A stretch of 64,000 nucleotides of DNA from Octopus vulgaris (Eukaryota): assembly GCA_951406725.2 (NCBI GenBank), contig OX597832.1, forward strand, positions 7,254,001 through 7,318,000. The letters run 5' to 3'. Every line of letters begins with the position of its first letter. The stretch's first letter is position 1. The notes beneath the pieces were generated by a model. It worked only from the letters and a program-made list of their open reading frames with translations, was not told where the DNA came from and did no database searches. The translations under genes were made by a program, and so were the position numbers. This document shows positions 13,468 to 25,171 of the stretch, piece by piece.

Positions 13468-14053
13468 TTAAGAATTAACAAGGGATTGGTTAAGGAATTA
13501 ACGAGGAGCCTTTTAAATCGGATTTTACAAAAGCAGTCAAAAACATTTGATAAAGATCCTGAATAATAGACAAAATTTTATTTTTCTTTCAATCTCAGTT
13601 CATATTGAGGTGAGGATAGGTTAAGGCGAAGTCTTTCAATAGCAATCTGCCTGAACTTGGCTCCCTTAGGCCTTTAGCATTTAAACTGACCATATCCTGT
13701 CCCAAAATATTCTATCCGTTTTTTGTTCAAACTAGCCAAATTTGGCCTCTCACACCTAGCCTCAATATCATTCAAAAACGAAATAGATACATCATCAAAA
13801 TTTCGAAGCTATGAGATAATGCATTATTAATTCAAAACAATGTGACTAAATGTGCTTTGACACATTAACTGAGATTGAAAGAAAAATAAAACACCTTAAT
13901 AGCCTTTATTAATTCAAGATCTTTATTGAATATTCTTGACCGCTTCTGTAAAATCTGATTTAAAAGTGATTTCGCTACTTCTTTTAGCGGGTTGAGTAAC
14001 TACATAGAAGCTCCTTTGTCAGTTCTTTAGCCATTTCTTTGTTTATTCCTTAA
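13468..14053. repeat. Imperfect inverted repeat whose arms contain a copy of part of the preceding NUS1 exon
   Basis: Arms ~13468-13570 and ~13905-14053; spacer holds a partial piggyBac MITE (~13671-13860). Confidence 0.8.
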
Positions 14054-15134
14054 ATGCTTAAAAGAGTTTCAAGCCAGTGAAGGAACCTCTTTGTGGTCAC
14101 TAGACTTGCTAGAAATAGCAGCCAAATGTTACTATGGCTCTGTCTAGTCAAGGATATGCTGTTGCTTATTGTCCATTGTGTAGACTGTAGTCGTATTTCC
14201 TCCACCGTAACCCTGTTGTTGATGAATGAAGGGTCAAGTAACCACAGTCAAGACTAACAACTAAAACTGTTTATGAGCTGTGACTTCCATATGCCTGGCA
14301 CTCTGAATATGCAGATATAAAAGATGTCTGGCATTTTGAATTGGGTTGAATTCCAGGTTTTAGTCGCTGTTTTTTTTTCTGTGGAAATCTTGGATTTATT
14401 GTGGAGAAAGATATGAAATTTCGGACATGAAACAGTCTCTCCATATTTAACATTTTAAGTTCGCTAGAGATTCGACAAATAGCGCAGGGGAAACAACTTT
14501 GTAAAAAAGCGAAAAAAGGCTCTAACGAAAGAACATCTGCGTCGTTCTCGAACTGCTAGAAATAGCAATAAAATCTTCCTCACAATATTCCTTTCTTTCT
14601 TAAAAGTAGAGAGACTCGTTAGATAATGTAGTTCTAGAAACGTAGTACCCAAAAGTAAGATGACTTAGTCGTGGATGATACACCTTTTATCAGTCATAAG
14701 AAATTGTTATTTATCGAAGAAAATTATTTTTAAAAAAATGTTTTAATTTGCACTCTAAGCCTAAGTAAAGGGAGGTAACCACTAACTCTTTATGTAAGGG
14801 AGATAAGCACTTAACGTCATTGCATTTGCTTTGTCTTAAAAAGTTGATTGCGACGTTCATAGCTCAGAAATGTCACAGGTTAATTGTTAGACCTTTGCTA
14901 TGCATCTGTGCTGTTAGGTAGATAGGCGAAATTTTGCTTAAGGAGTTTTGTGTCGCATTGACAAATCCTGTTGGTATGTATAAACTGTTGTGGAGAAAAA
15001 TTTTCATCTTTTGATTTGTACAATAGTTGGAAGGGCATTGTACAAGTTGTGCTGTTGTGTACTAGATGTAGTGGTTTACAAGTTGTATTACTGATATTAT
15101 AATATAATAAAACAGTATATTATATATAAAGTTC

Positions 15135-15403
15135 TATATTTAAGAGATGAGGAATTATGTACATTATTTACGGATATATGGCATAGTGGTTAAGAGTGCG
15201 GGCTAATAACCCCAAGATTCCGAGTTCAATTCCAGGCAGTGACCTTAATAATAATAACAACAACATCGAAAAATACCTTAGGAATGAGAACTTAGGTTCA
15301 AAATTTCTCCAAGACACCTGATGAATGCTGGAGGGTATATCAGTCGAAACGTTGTGTTAACAAACAAGATGAGGACAAATATCTGTCAAATGTAAATAAT
15401 GTA
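15135..15403 (+). mobile_element. tRNA-headed element carrying a minimal hammerhead motif, with short inverted termini
   Basis: TGGCATAGTGG A box and GAGTTCAATTCC B box (~15179-15233); CTGATGA..GAAACGTT at 15318-15353; TACATTATTTAC / GTAAATAATGTA ends. Confidence 0.65.
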
Positions 15404-16122
15404 TATTACAGATACTATAACAGTGCATTTTATAATCTATGACACTGTATTTCAGAAGTTCATGATGATGATGATGATCATCATCATTTAACATCCATTT
15501 TCTGTGCTGGCATGGATTTGATGGTTTGACAGGATCTGGCGAGCTGCAGGGCTACCCCAAGTTTCAGTGTCAGCTTTGGCCATTTTCCCTATGGCTGGAT
15601 GTCCTTTTCCTAATGCCAACCACCTTACAGTGTCTACTAGGTGCTGTTTACGTGCTCTAGTGCTCTAAGTTGCAAGACTGAAAACGAACAGAAATGGGAA
15701 AGCCTCTGCCCAATGACTAAGTGTGTGTATGTGTTTGGGGTATGTTAGAGAGATGGGAGCTGGCTTTATGCCAGGTGCTTAGAAGCTAAAGTATGATACA
15801 GATGTCTTGCAGAATTGCAGAAGCTTTGTAGAGTTGGTGATCATCATCAATATCATTACCACCATCATTCTTACACCTGCTTTTTCATGATGATGATAAC
15901 ACTCTCTTCCACTTTTATGAGTTGGTTTATCACTTTAATACTTCTGAGTTGCTTTTGATCTGCTTGACTTTGCAAGTAACCAGTCTCTGTTCTACTTTGC
16001 TAGATATTTTCAGAATCTTAGCTGCTTTCCCTAAGGGAGCTGCCACTTTCCCTGCCATAATATCCTTAATGGATCTTTCCACTGTATAGTAATCAGCATC
16101 AGTAACTAATTCCTGTTGAATC

Positions 16123-16349
16123 TTTACCCTTTAGTATTTAAACCGGCCATATCCGGCCAAAATATTTAATCTGTTTTATGTTCAAACTGACCAGATCCAG
16201 GCTCTCACACCTACTCTACAATGTTATTCTACATTAAGTAATTACACCATCAAGATCTTGAAGATATGAGATAATGCATGATTAATTCAAATCAATGTGA
16301 ATCAATAAGCATTATGTTTGATAGAATAATCAGAACACTAAAGGGTTAA
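16123..16349. mobile_element. piggyBac-type MITE
   Basis: TTTA-CCCTTTAGT ... ACTAAAGGG-TTAA; same family as 3559. Confidence 0.8.
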
Positions 16350-16637
16350 GGAGTAACTCTGCTTTCTTCCACATATTCTCCTCATTCAGTAATGGCTTAT
16401 AGTAGTGTTCCCATGCCTGTTTCATCCCACTATTCGTAAAGGTCAGTGCATCAGTAGCATCAAATTTATTTAAATTTTGTATAGAGATATTAGATATTAT
16501 TTTTGTAATTGTTTTTCTACCTGTCTCTCCTCTTACTGATTTGTCTGCCAACCTACACTTGTTTATCTACTTAGCAGCTTCCGAAATTCTCACCTCCTTC
16601 TCTCTTTCTCTAAAACTCCCTATCTATCTACTTACAG

Positions 16638-16737
16638 TTACATATGGTTGTCCAGCACCTGATCTTATCATCCGATTTGGCAAAACAGAATCCTTGTTAG
16701 GATTCTCTCCATGGCAATCACAGTTCTCAGAAATATT
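16638..16737 (+). CDS. NUS1: NUS1/NgBR internal coding exon (probably exon 4)
   Basis: ttacAG|TT..ATT|GTAAGT; 100 nt, phase 1-2; TYGCPAPDLIIRFGKTESLLGFSPWQSQFSEI matches the cis-prenyltransferase-family motif GCPDPDLVLKFG..LGFLPWHIRLTEI. Confidence 0.95.
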
Positions 16738-16789
16738 GTAAGTTTTATTTATTTTTTTTCATATCATTTATCTTTTATTTCGAAGGGCT

Positions 16790-17137
16790 GAAGAAATCAG
16801 TACTTACTTTTCAAGCCTGGTATTTATTCTGATGGTCCCTTCTGCTGAACTGCTAAGTTATGCAGACATGAACAAACCAACATTGGTTGTTAAGTGCTGG
16901 TTGGGTACAAACACAGCACAATCACAGATATGTACACATAATCATAAAGACACACAGACATATACCCATCTACACATGACAGGCTTCTTACAGTTTCTGT
17001 CTACCAAATCCACTCATAAGGTTTTGGTTGGCCCAAGACTACAGTAGAAGATACTTGCCCAAAGTGTCATGCAGTAGGACTGAACCTGGAACCATGTGGT
17101 TGGGAAGCAAACTTCTTACCACACAACCACCTGTGCC
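16790..17137 (-). mobile_element. tRNA-derived SINE family B, CpG-decayed
   Basis: Colinear with 41296-41709 but most CG read TG/CA. Confidence 0.8.
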
Positions 17138-17215
17138 TGTTCTTTACTTTTGTTTTCCTCTCTCTTGCACTTCACTTCTGTTTTCTTCTACGCTTCTACA
17201 TCCATTTGTTTTGTT

Positions 17216-17640
17216 GGATCTTTTTGGTTTGAATGCAGTTTTTAACATAATTTCTAGGTAACTAAAAAATTTTAAACTTCGTATACTGGTAGAATGTGTT
17301 TATAAAACATCTTTTTCTCTTGGCTTTATTGAGAAAATTCTATAGTTTGTAAGATATTTGGTCTTTAATTTCTTGCATTTCGGCAATTTCAACCAATGAA
17401 TGACCGTCTATTGAGGTGAAAACATTCTGTGCCTTATGAATATGTCCCTCGTTTAAGAAACAGATTGGGTTTATTTACATTTGTGAAGTAAAAAAGATAC
17501 CCTTCCCCCACCCCTAATCCTAACTAACCCTAAATCTAAAATAGATTGAAATGCAATAGTTCGATACTACGGTCATAATTATGGGTGTCATAGTTACCTA
17601 GAAATTATGTTAAAAACTGCTGTTCAAACTGAAAAGATCC
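17216..17640. mobile_element. MITE with ~50-bp TIRs, GG termini (possibly Merlin-type)
   Basis: GGATCTTTTTGGTTTGAA..TAGGTAACTA / TAGTTACCTA..TTCAAACTGAAAAGATCC; 8-nt flanks GTTTTGTT / GATTTATT (6/8); internal TAACCC-like tract. Confidence 0.75.
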
Positions 17641-19196
17641 GATTTATTTTATTCATTTAAACATATATGTTAGTATGGGAAGGGTGCCACATAAAAAGCA
17701 CTGATACTAGTGCCACGTAAAAAGCTCTGGTGATGGTGCCACATAAAAATCATCCAGTACATTCTGTAAAGTATATGGCATTAAGAACATCCAGCTGCAG
17801 AAACCCAGCCAAAACAGACTTTGGAACCTGGTGTAGCCCTTTGGCCTTGCCAGTTCCTGTCAAGCTGTCCAACCCATGCCAGCATGGAAAACAGAGATAT
17901 TAAATTTTGATGATGATGATTATGATGATGATATTGAAGCACATGTTTTTGCCACTGGGTAGTTACAGCTTTTTTGTATAAAAGCAACAATGGGAGGATA
18001 TCATCCTACCTTCATAAAACCAAAGGTGAGGCAGGAGGTGGGGTTTCAAAGAAATTTATGTAATTTTTTTCATCTGTCTGTTTCTCATTTGCATTGTTAT
18101 AAATGATATTTATTGTTAGTGTTGTTTTGTCCTTGGTTGGCCTTGGTGGACAAACCCATGATCAAACTCATTTGAAGCATCATTACTTTGAGCAGTTACT
18201 GTGTAGCAAGGAGTACATTGTCCAGTGTTCCTATCTCTTTTCAAATAGGTAGCATGTGTGATTTGAAGGTAATGTAGTTGCTGCTTTTAGCATGTTATGT
18301 GACCATACTAAGGTTCCATATTGTTGCAATTAGCAGTCATATTACCTACCAGTAAAATGTATTTGTTAACTTTTAAATGGTTGGAAAGGGTTGCATGAAT
18401 GTGTGTGTATGCCAGACAGGTAAATAAATACAAAAACTATAAAATTCATATGAGGTTCTTGCATTGTTGTTGTCAAATGAATGCACAAATGAAGAGAAAT
18501 CAGTGCACTTATTCCATCCAGAGCTAGTTGAAGCATCACTTTCTTCTGTGCTCTCTAGAGCATCATCATCATCTACTTCATCTGATGAAGAAGAAAAGTC
18601 AGAAAATTGCCAGTACTGCCTGACTGGCCCTTGCGCTGGTTGCACGTAAAAGCACCCACTACACTCTCGGAGGGGTTGGCGTTAGGAAGGGCATCCTGTA
18701 GAAACTCTGCCAGATCAGATTGGAGTCTGGTGCAGCCATCTGGTTCGCCAGACCACAGTCAAATCGTCCAACCCATGCTAGCATGGAAAGCGGACGTTAA
18801 ATGATGATGATAATGATGATAAATCTTCCATTTGTGACTATATTTCTCCCATCATTAAGGGTCACTTTACTCAGGCGCATTTGACAAAGGAATGCTTGGG
18901 TGTCAATTGTTGATGGCTGTATCCATGTCAAAATTTTAAAACATCGATTGATGATGTCCACTGTTCTCTATTGAAACATCAATTGATGATTTTTGCCATT
19001 TAGCTTTTAAGCCAGCAATATCAGGCCCAAATATTCCACCTGTTATATGTTCAAACTAGCCAGATTCAACCTCTCACACCTACTTATAACACTTCTAACA
19101 CTTGATCCCACATAGTCTCCATCCCTCTATACTGAAACCATATAGTAGGTTGTACCTCATGTTCTTGTTTTTTATCTTATATAACAAAACTTTATT

Positions 19197-19433
19197 TTAA
19201 CGCTTTAACATTTAAACTGGCCATATCCAACCAAATTATTTTACCTGTTTTATGTTCAAACTGACTAGATCCAGCCTTTCCTACCAGCCCTACAATGTCA
19301 TTCTAAGAATAAAACCATCAAACAATCACATCACTGAAATTTTGAAGCTATGAGATAATGATTGATTAATTTAAAACAACGTGAGTTAATAAGTGTTAAA
19401 TTGGACAGAGTAATTTGAATGCTAAAGGGTTAA
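19197..19433. mobile_element. piggyBac-type MITE
   Basis: TTAA-CGCTTTAAC ... GCTAAAGGG-TTAA; ends ~50 nt before the last NUS1 acceptor. Confidence 0.8.
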
Positions 19434-19485
19434 TGCCAGTTTTATCAATTATATTTCTAATTATTTAATTTCCTCTTTATTTCAG

Positions 19486-19576
19486 ACCTTGTCCATCACA
19501 TGTAGGTTTGGATTACCTAACATATCTTAGCACTTTAATAGACTATGCTAATTCATCACAGCGCTGCGGTAAATAA
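19486..19576 (+). CDS. NUS1: NUS1/NgBR last coding exon
   Basis: tttcAG|A, phase 2; PCPSHVGLDYLTYLSTLIDYANSSQRCGK-TAA; ends in the C-terminal RxG motif of NgBR/Nus1 (human QRLGK). Confidence 0.95.
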
Positions 19577-20899
19577 AGAAATGACTTGTTTCCCATTCCC
19601 ATATCTCTCCTCCTCCTCTTGTTTCTCTGTAAAGCTGTTCAAAGGTTTAATGATTGTTTTGTTGTTGTTATTGTTTCCTCAAAGATTCAGAAATAAAATG
19701 CCAAAGGAAAAAGATTTAAAAAAAAAAAAATACAAATCAAACTGAAATATAAAACACTTGGTGAGGAAAATGAAAATCTCTTCAAAGATGAACATCTTCT
19801 TTGCAGAAGATCAGCAGAAACTTTTAAGGTCTTTTGGAACAAGTTGCTTTGTCTTGGTAGATCAAACTAAAAAAATTTCTAAGTCTCTCATTTAGATTAC
19901 ATAGGAGATGGCAACCTAATGAAGGGAGCTAATTCAAATGTCTTTTTTTGTCTCACTAATAACAGGGTAGATTTAGATCAGTGGTTACCATAGTGATCCA
20001 TTTTGGAAAATCAATAACTCTCTCATTCTCTTTTGCTTTATATTTCAATTAAAAAAAAAGTCAATTTTTCAAAAAAATTATTGAGTTAACATTTGATACA
20101 AGGGAAAAACATTCCTCAGTTTTTTGTTGGCAGTAAATGTTGTGTTGTAGCCCTTATGCCTAGCTATGGCTTATTGTACAGCATTTTCATAAATTTGAAT
20201 TTTTCCATACATTTCAAAAGTAAAGGATTTTGCCTTTGTAGCACTTCCAGGATTATAACCCAATTTGGGTTGCTACCCACAAACTGGGAACCACTGATTT
20301 AGATAAACTATTCTTCTTAGTATATAAATATGTAGCCAGCTGTATTTGGATGATGTGTTAGGGGTTGAGTACCTGCTGTGTGTGTTGTTTGTAACTGTCA
20401 TAGAATTTTCACAGCAACTGAGATGAGAATAAAAATACATAATGTTCACCTCCAGTTAAAAAAACAAAAACAATTTATTACTATGTATAGATAATTAGAT
20501 AATACTTTGGGTGAGCATTTTGAGATTTGGCTTTAGTAAATACAATTTATAATTGCATTTAATAGACATTTCTCAATTCATCAGGTTATCCTAAAGAAGC
20601 AATGTCATTTTTGCAACAAGATTGAACGTAAAACTAGAGTAAACTAATTTTTTTATTAACTAATCACTTTAAAAATTATTCGTTTTCATTTCTGCTAATG
20701 ACAGAAAATTGTTTCAATGCCATGTTTTCTAAATTCAGATGATTTTCAGGAGAAAAACTTTAAAAATTTGAGTTTACCTCATTACAGAAAATTATACATT
20801 AAAAAGAAAAAAATATTTTATATATTTTTATTTCTAAAAGTAATATATTTTTCCTGGGGAACCTGGCAAAATTTAGAGATTAATCTGTAGTTTTAAAAT

Positions 20900-21610
20900 C
20901 ATACAGAAATGGCCAATATGAGAGTGAGGATCTCTAATAAAATTTCTCTGGTTTTTACTGAAGCAATTCCTGCAATATGGTAACTTGTATTGTCATAGTA
21001 GATCATAATTCCTTTCTGGTCAACCAAAGAGTATTTTTCCCTTCTTAGTAGTGTGGTAATGTCCAATAGTTTCAGATGTTGACAACAAATCTCAGTAGTG
21101 GTTCTATGATTGGGTAGAGACAACTTGCCTCTGATTGAATTCCGAAGTGATAGATACTGATATTTTGCCATTTTTGTGGCCTATCAACATCATGTATCTG
21201 AACTGAACTGTGTCGTAGCTGTTCTCATATATCTTCATTGAAAATACTTGGTAAAACACCCTCCCTTTTGGTTATGGCATAACTAGTCTTCCTAAGCAAA
21301 CTTACAAGTCTGATCTGCTTAAAGCTCTCTAACGGAAACCTCAATTTCTATCATTATTCACTCAAGCAATTCATAAGCAGAGTTTGATATGGTGAAAGAT
21401 GTTTATGCATCTCATCTCATCTCATTTCATTTCATTTCATCTTATCAACTAACAACTGTCATTCCACTCACTTTCCTGACTTTAATACTTCTCCACAGAG
21501 TTCCATGTATTGATGTATTGGAGGAAGGAGAGGAATTTTGAATATTTTCAGCCATTTGTTAATAGTTGTGCAACATTGCTGTTTAGGTATCATGAATAGA
21601 TAATTAGATA
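20900..21610 (-). mobile_element. Highly decayed mariner transposase remnant
   Basis: LPNHRTTTEICCQHLKLL..LVDQKGIMIYYDN resembles the mariner catalytic-domain stretch (..KGVILHHDNA). Confidence 0.55.
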
Positions 21611-22110
21611 ATCAGTATGTATGTGTGTGTGTGTGTGAACACACGTATATTCATGATGTGTGTGTGTGTGTGTGTGTGGATATATATATAGATATATATG
21701 TAATTTATTCATGATGTGTGTGTATACACATGCCATGAAAATATATGTGGGTGAATGTGTCTGTATATATTAGGATAGGCATTTGAAATTGATCTCTTTG
21801 TCCATTTTGAAATGAGATGTTACTTATGGAATGAAGTCATAACTGAGGGGGATGAAATATAATTGATCTCATTGAAGACTCAGTTTGGTCTAGCTATTTA
21901 GATAAAGCCTCTACAATTAGCTCTGTTTGAACTGAAGTACTACGCAGATACAACTAACTAAATACTTAGGGACCTCCCAGTTTTACAGAAGTGCAGTATC
22001 TATCAGCTTGTGTTTGGTTCAATATTTGATCAACATTTTAATCCCATCATATCTCCTATATTAGAAACATTTTAGGATTTACTGATTTAAAACACACCAT
22101 TTCTTATATT

Positions 22111-22668
22111 TTAATTCTTTTGATACTGACCTGCCTGATACCACTTCTGCTTATATAAAAAAAAACTTTTCTTTTTAAGACTTCACGTTTAAATTAAAGC
22201 CTTCGATCTTAATTTTATTTAAGATTCATTTTGTTAAGCTCTGTTCCAAATACCAGCAGAATAACAGCAGGGTTAGTTACTTTGTTAAATCCTCTCATAT
22301 TCTTGGTTATTTACAAAAATAGACAATGTTTTACCTTAGAAATATGGTGACAAAAGGCTTAAAGGCTGCAAGGTTTTTGTTGTAATGTGTCAAGAAATAA
22401 GCCACAGCCTGTACTGCTGCTGTTACTAACATATTTCTGTTGAAATGCACTTACCATATTTCTGTTGAAATGCACTGCCTTTGTTCTAATTAATTTTGAA
22501 AATGGTGAAGAATTTAGTAAAGTAACTTTGACCTTTATTAACCTGGCGTTTGGCACATAAATCAACATGAAATTTTGAAAGAAAGATTTTATTTTGCTCA
22601 CTTTAAACTTGAAGTTTGTATCATAGAAGCAGAGGTGGTCTTGGGTGGGTTGGTATCAAATAGGTTAA
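22111..22668. mobile_element. Second piggyBac-type MITE family
   Basis: TTAA-TTCTTTTGATACTGACCTGCC ... GGGTGGGTTGGTATCAAATAGG-TTAA degenerate TIRs. Confidence 0.65.
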
Positions 22669-22889
22669 ATGACCATATAGAAGCTCCCTTGGTGTGTCTG
22701 GTTTGAGATGCACCTTTAGTAATGGCCATCCAGTTGCTCCAACTGGATAATTCATAATCTCTCATTCAGTCTCTCTGTCTGTTTAGGAACATTCTTCAAT
22801 TTCTGCAATATACTTACATTAAATTACAATAATCAAATTGTTCTCAATAACTTTCTTTGATATCTCTTTATTTTTTATTTTATTTATAT

Positions 22890-23282
22890 AATGTAAAGTA
22901 TAAAAGCCATCTCAATATGGCTAACCACAAAGTGGGGGTGTTACTGTAGCTTTTAGCCCCAGGAGATCATAGTCTCCAGCTGGCTTTAGACACCCTTTCA
23001 GTGCCCTTGAAGTATTTGCAAAGTGAGGCCATCCCTTCCTCGCAAGCCTGAGTGATACGCATGGACCGGTTTCGAGATTATTGTCTCTTATTGTCTCGAA
23101 ACCGGTCCGTGTGTATCACTCAGGCTTGCGAGGAAGGGATGGCCTCCCTTTGCAAATACTTCAAGGGCACTGAAAGGGTGTCTAAAGCCAGCTGGAGACG
23201 ATGATCTCCTGGGGCTAAAAAGCTACAGTAACACCCCCACTTTGTGGTTAGCCATATTGAAATGGTTTTTATACTCTACATT
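22890..23282. repeat. Near-perfect long palindrome (~188-bp arms, 16-nt loop), probable inverted Penelope-like repeat
   Basis: 22890-23077 is the reverse complement of 23094-23282 with few mismatches; centre carries a hammerhead half-site GAAACCGGTC. Confidence 0.9.
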
Positions 23283-23953
23283 GTCAAGCGGTTACTGTTT
23301 ACATCTCGCTCTGAGATTTAATAATGCTTTATTTATATATATTTTTGAAAAAGCCAAGGAGAAAGTGAAGAAAACCAAAAGACCCATCTCCCCAAACTGA
23401 CAAACCCAGTATTAATACTTGGTGGTTTATTTTCAGTATTATAATATTTACTAATTAATTTTATTTCCCCTCTGATTCTAAGGTATTATTGAAGTACAAT
23501 AAACATCCCAAATAATGACAACCTCAAGGATTTCAGCATTTATTATGAATTCTCTATTGTCTGGGAAAGTATGTTTTAAATAGATTTATTATACAAATAA
23601 AGCAGAGAGTAGTATAATGAATAATACAGGTTGTATAAAGAATGCCTCTTTATTAACTACAGAGATGTATTGTTATGCATACCACTTAATTAACTGTAAT
23701 AATGTAGTATAATAAATAAAAAACATACCATGTAATTAGCAACATAAAGCCAGTAAACAATTTGGGTGAGATAGGAAGTTTTTTGGTTGAAACAAAAAAA
23801 GAAGGTTGTTTTCGAAATGGCAGAGGTGAACATGCACAAACTGATATGTTGCCGGTAGTTTTCTTTAGTGTAAAACAAGATTTGTAAAGTGTCATCAGCT
23901 TGAGTTTCCCATTGTTCTATATGCCATTACTTCAGAAGTTTACTCTGTGTATC

Positions 23954-23954
<1 letters not shown>

Positions 23955-23992
<38 letters not shown>

Positions 23993-24022
23993 ATGTATGT
24001 GTAGGTGTGTGTGTGTGATGTA

Positions 24023-24065
<43 letters not shown>

Positions 24066-24118
24066 ATATGTATGTGTGTATATATGTATGTGTGTATATA
24101 TGTATGTATGTATGTATG

Positions 24119-24159
<41 letters not shown>

Positions 24160-24200
24160 ATATATGTATGTATATATATATGTATGTATATATATATATA

Positions 24201-24235
<35 letters not shown>

Positions 24236-25171
24236 ATATATGTATGTATATATATATGTATGTATATATATATATATATGTGTGTGTGTGTATATATGTA
24301 TGTATGTATGTATATATGTATATATATATGTGTGTGTGTGTGTGTGTATGTGTGTGTGTGTGTGTATATATGTGTGTGTGTGTGTGTGTATATATGTGTG
24401 TGTGTGTATATATGTGTGTGTGTGTGTATATATATGTGTGTGTGTATATATGTATGTATGTGTGTGTATATATGTGTGTGTATGTGTGTGTATATATGTA
24501 TGTATGTGTGTGTATATATGTATGTATGTATGTATATATATGTATATATATATATGTGTATATGTATGTATGTATATATGTATATATATATGGATATATA
24601 TGTGTATATGTATGTATGTATATATGTATATATATATGGATATATATATATATATATATATGTGTATATATATGTATATATATATATGTGTATATATATG
24701 TATATATATATATGTGTATATATATATATATATATATGTGTATATATATGTATATATATATGTGTATATATATGTATATATATATATGTGTATATATATG
24801 TATATATATATACATGTGTATATGTATGTGTATATATATGTATATATATGTATGTGTATATATATGTATATATATGTATGTGTGTATATATGTATATATA
24901 TATATATGTGTATATGTATGTGTATATATATGTATATATATATATATGTGTATATGTATGTGTATATATATGTATATATATATATGTGTATATATATGTA
25001 TATATATATATATATATATATGTGTATATGTATGTGTATATGTATGTATATATGTATGTATATATATATGGATATATATATATATGTGTGTATATGTTTG
25101 TATGTATATGTATGTATGTATATATATATATATATATGTGTATATATATGTATATATATATATATATATAT
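23955..25171. repeat. ~1.2-kb compound (TA)n/(TG)n/(TATG)n microsatellite
   Basis: Direct reading; source of the long Y/I/H/T and C/V/M ORFs. Confidence 0.97.

Noticed and set aside
15178-15245. Possible tRNA gene (also other SINE heads)
   Set aside because: A/B boxes present but no convincing acceptor stem or oligo-T terminator; continues into a repeat body
17505-17540. TAACCC-like telomeric tract
   Set aside because: Short, degenerate and internal to a MITE
18373-18645. Acidic minus-strand ORF (SSSDEVDDDDALES..)
   Set aside because: Starts in a SINE, no linked exons; more likely transposon debris
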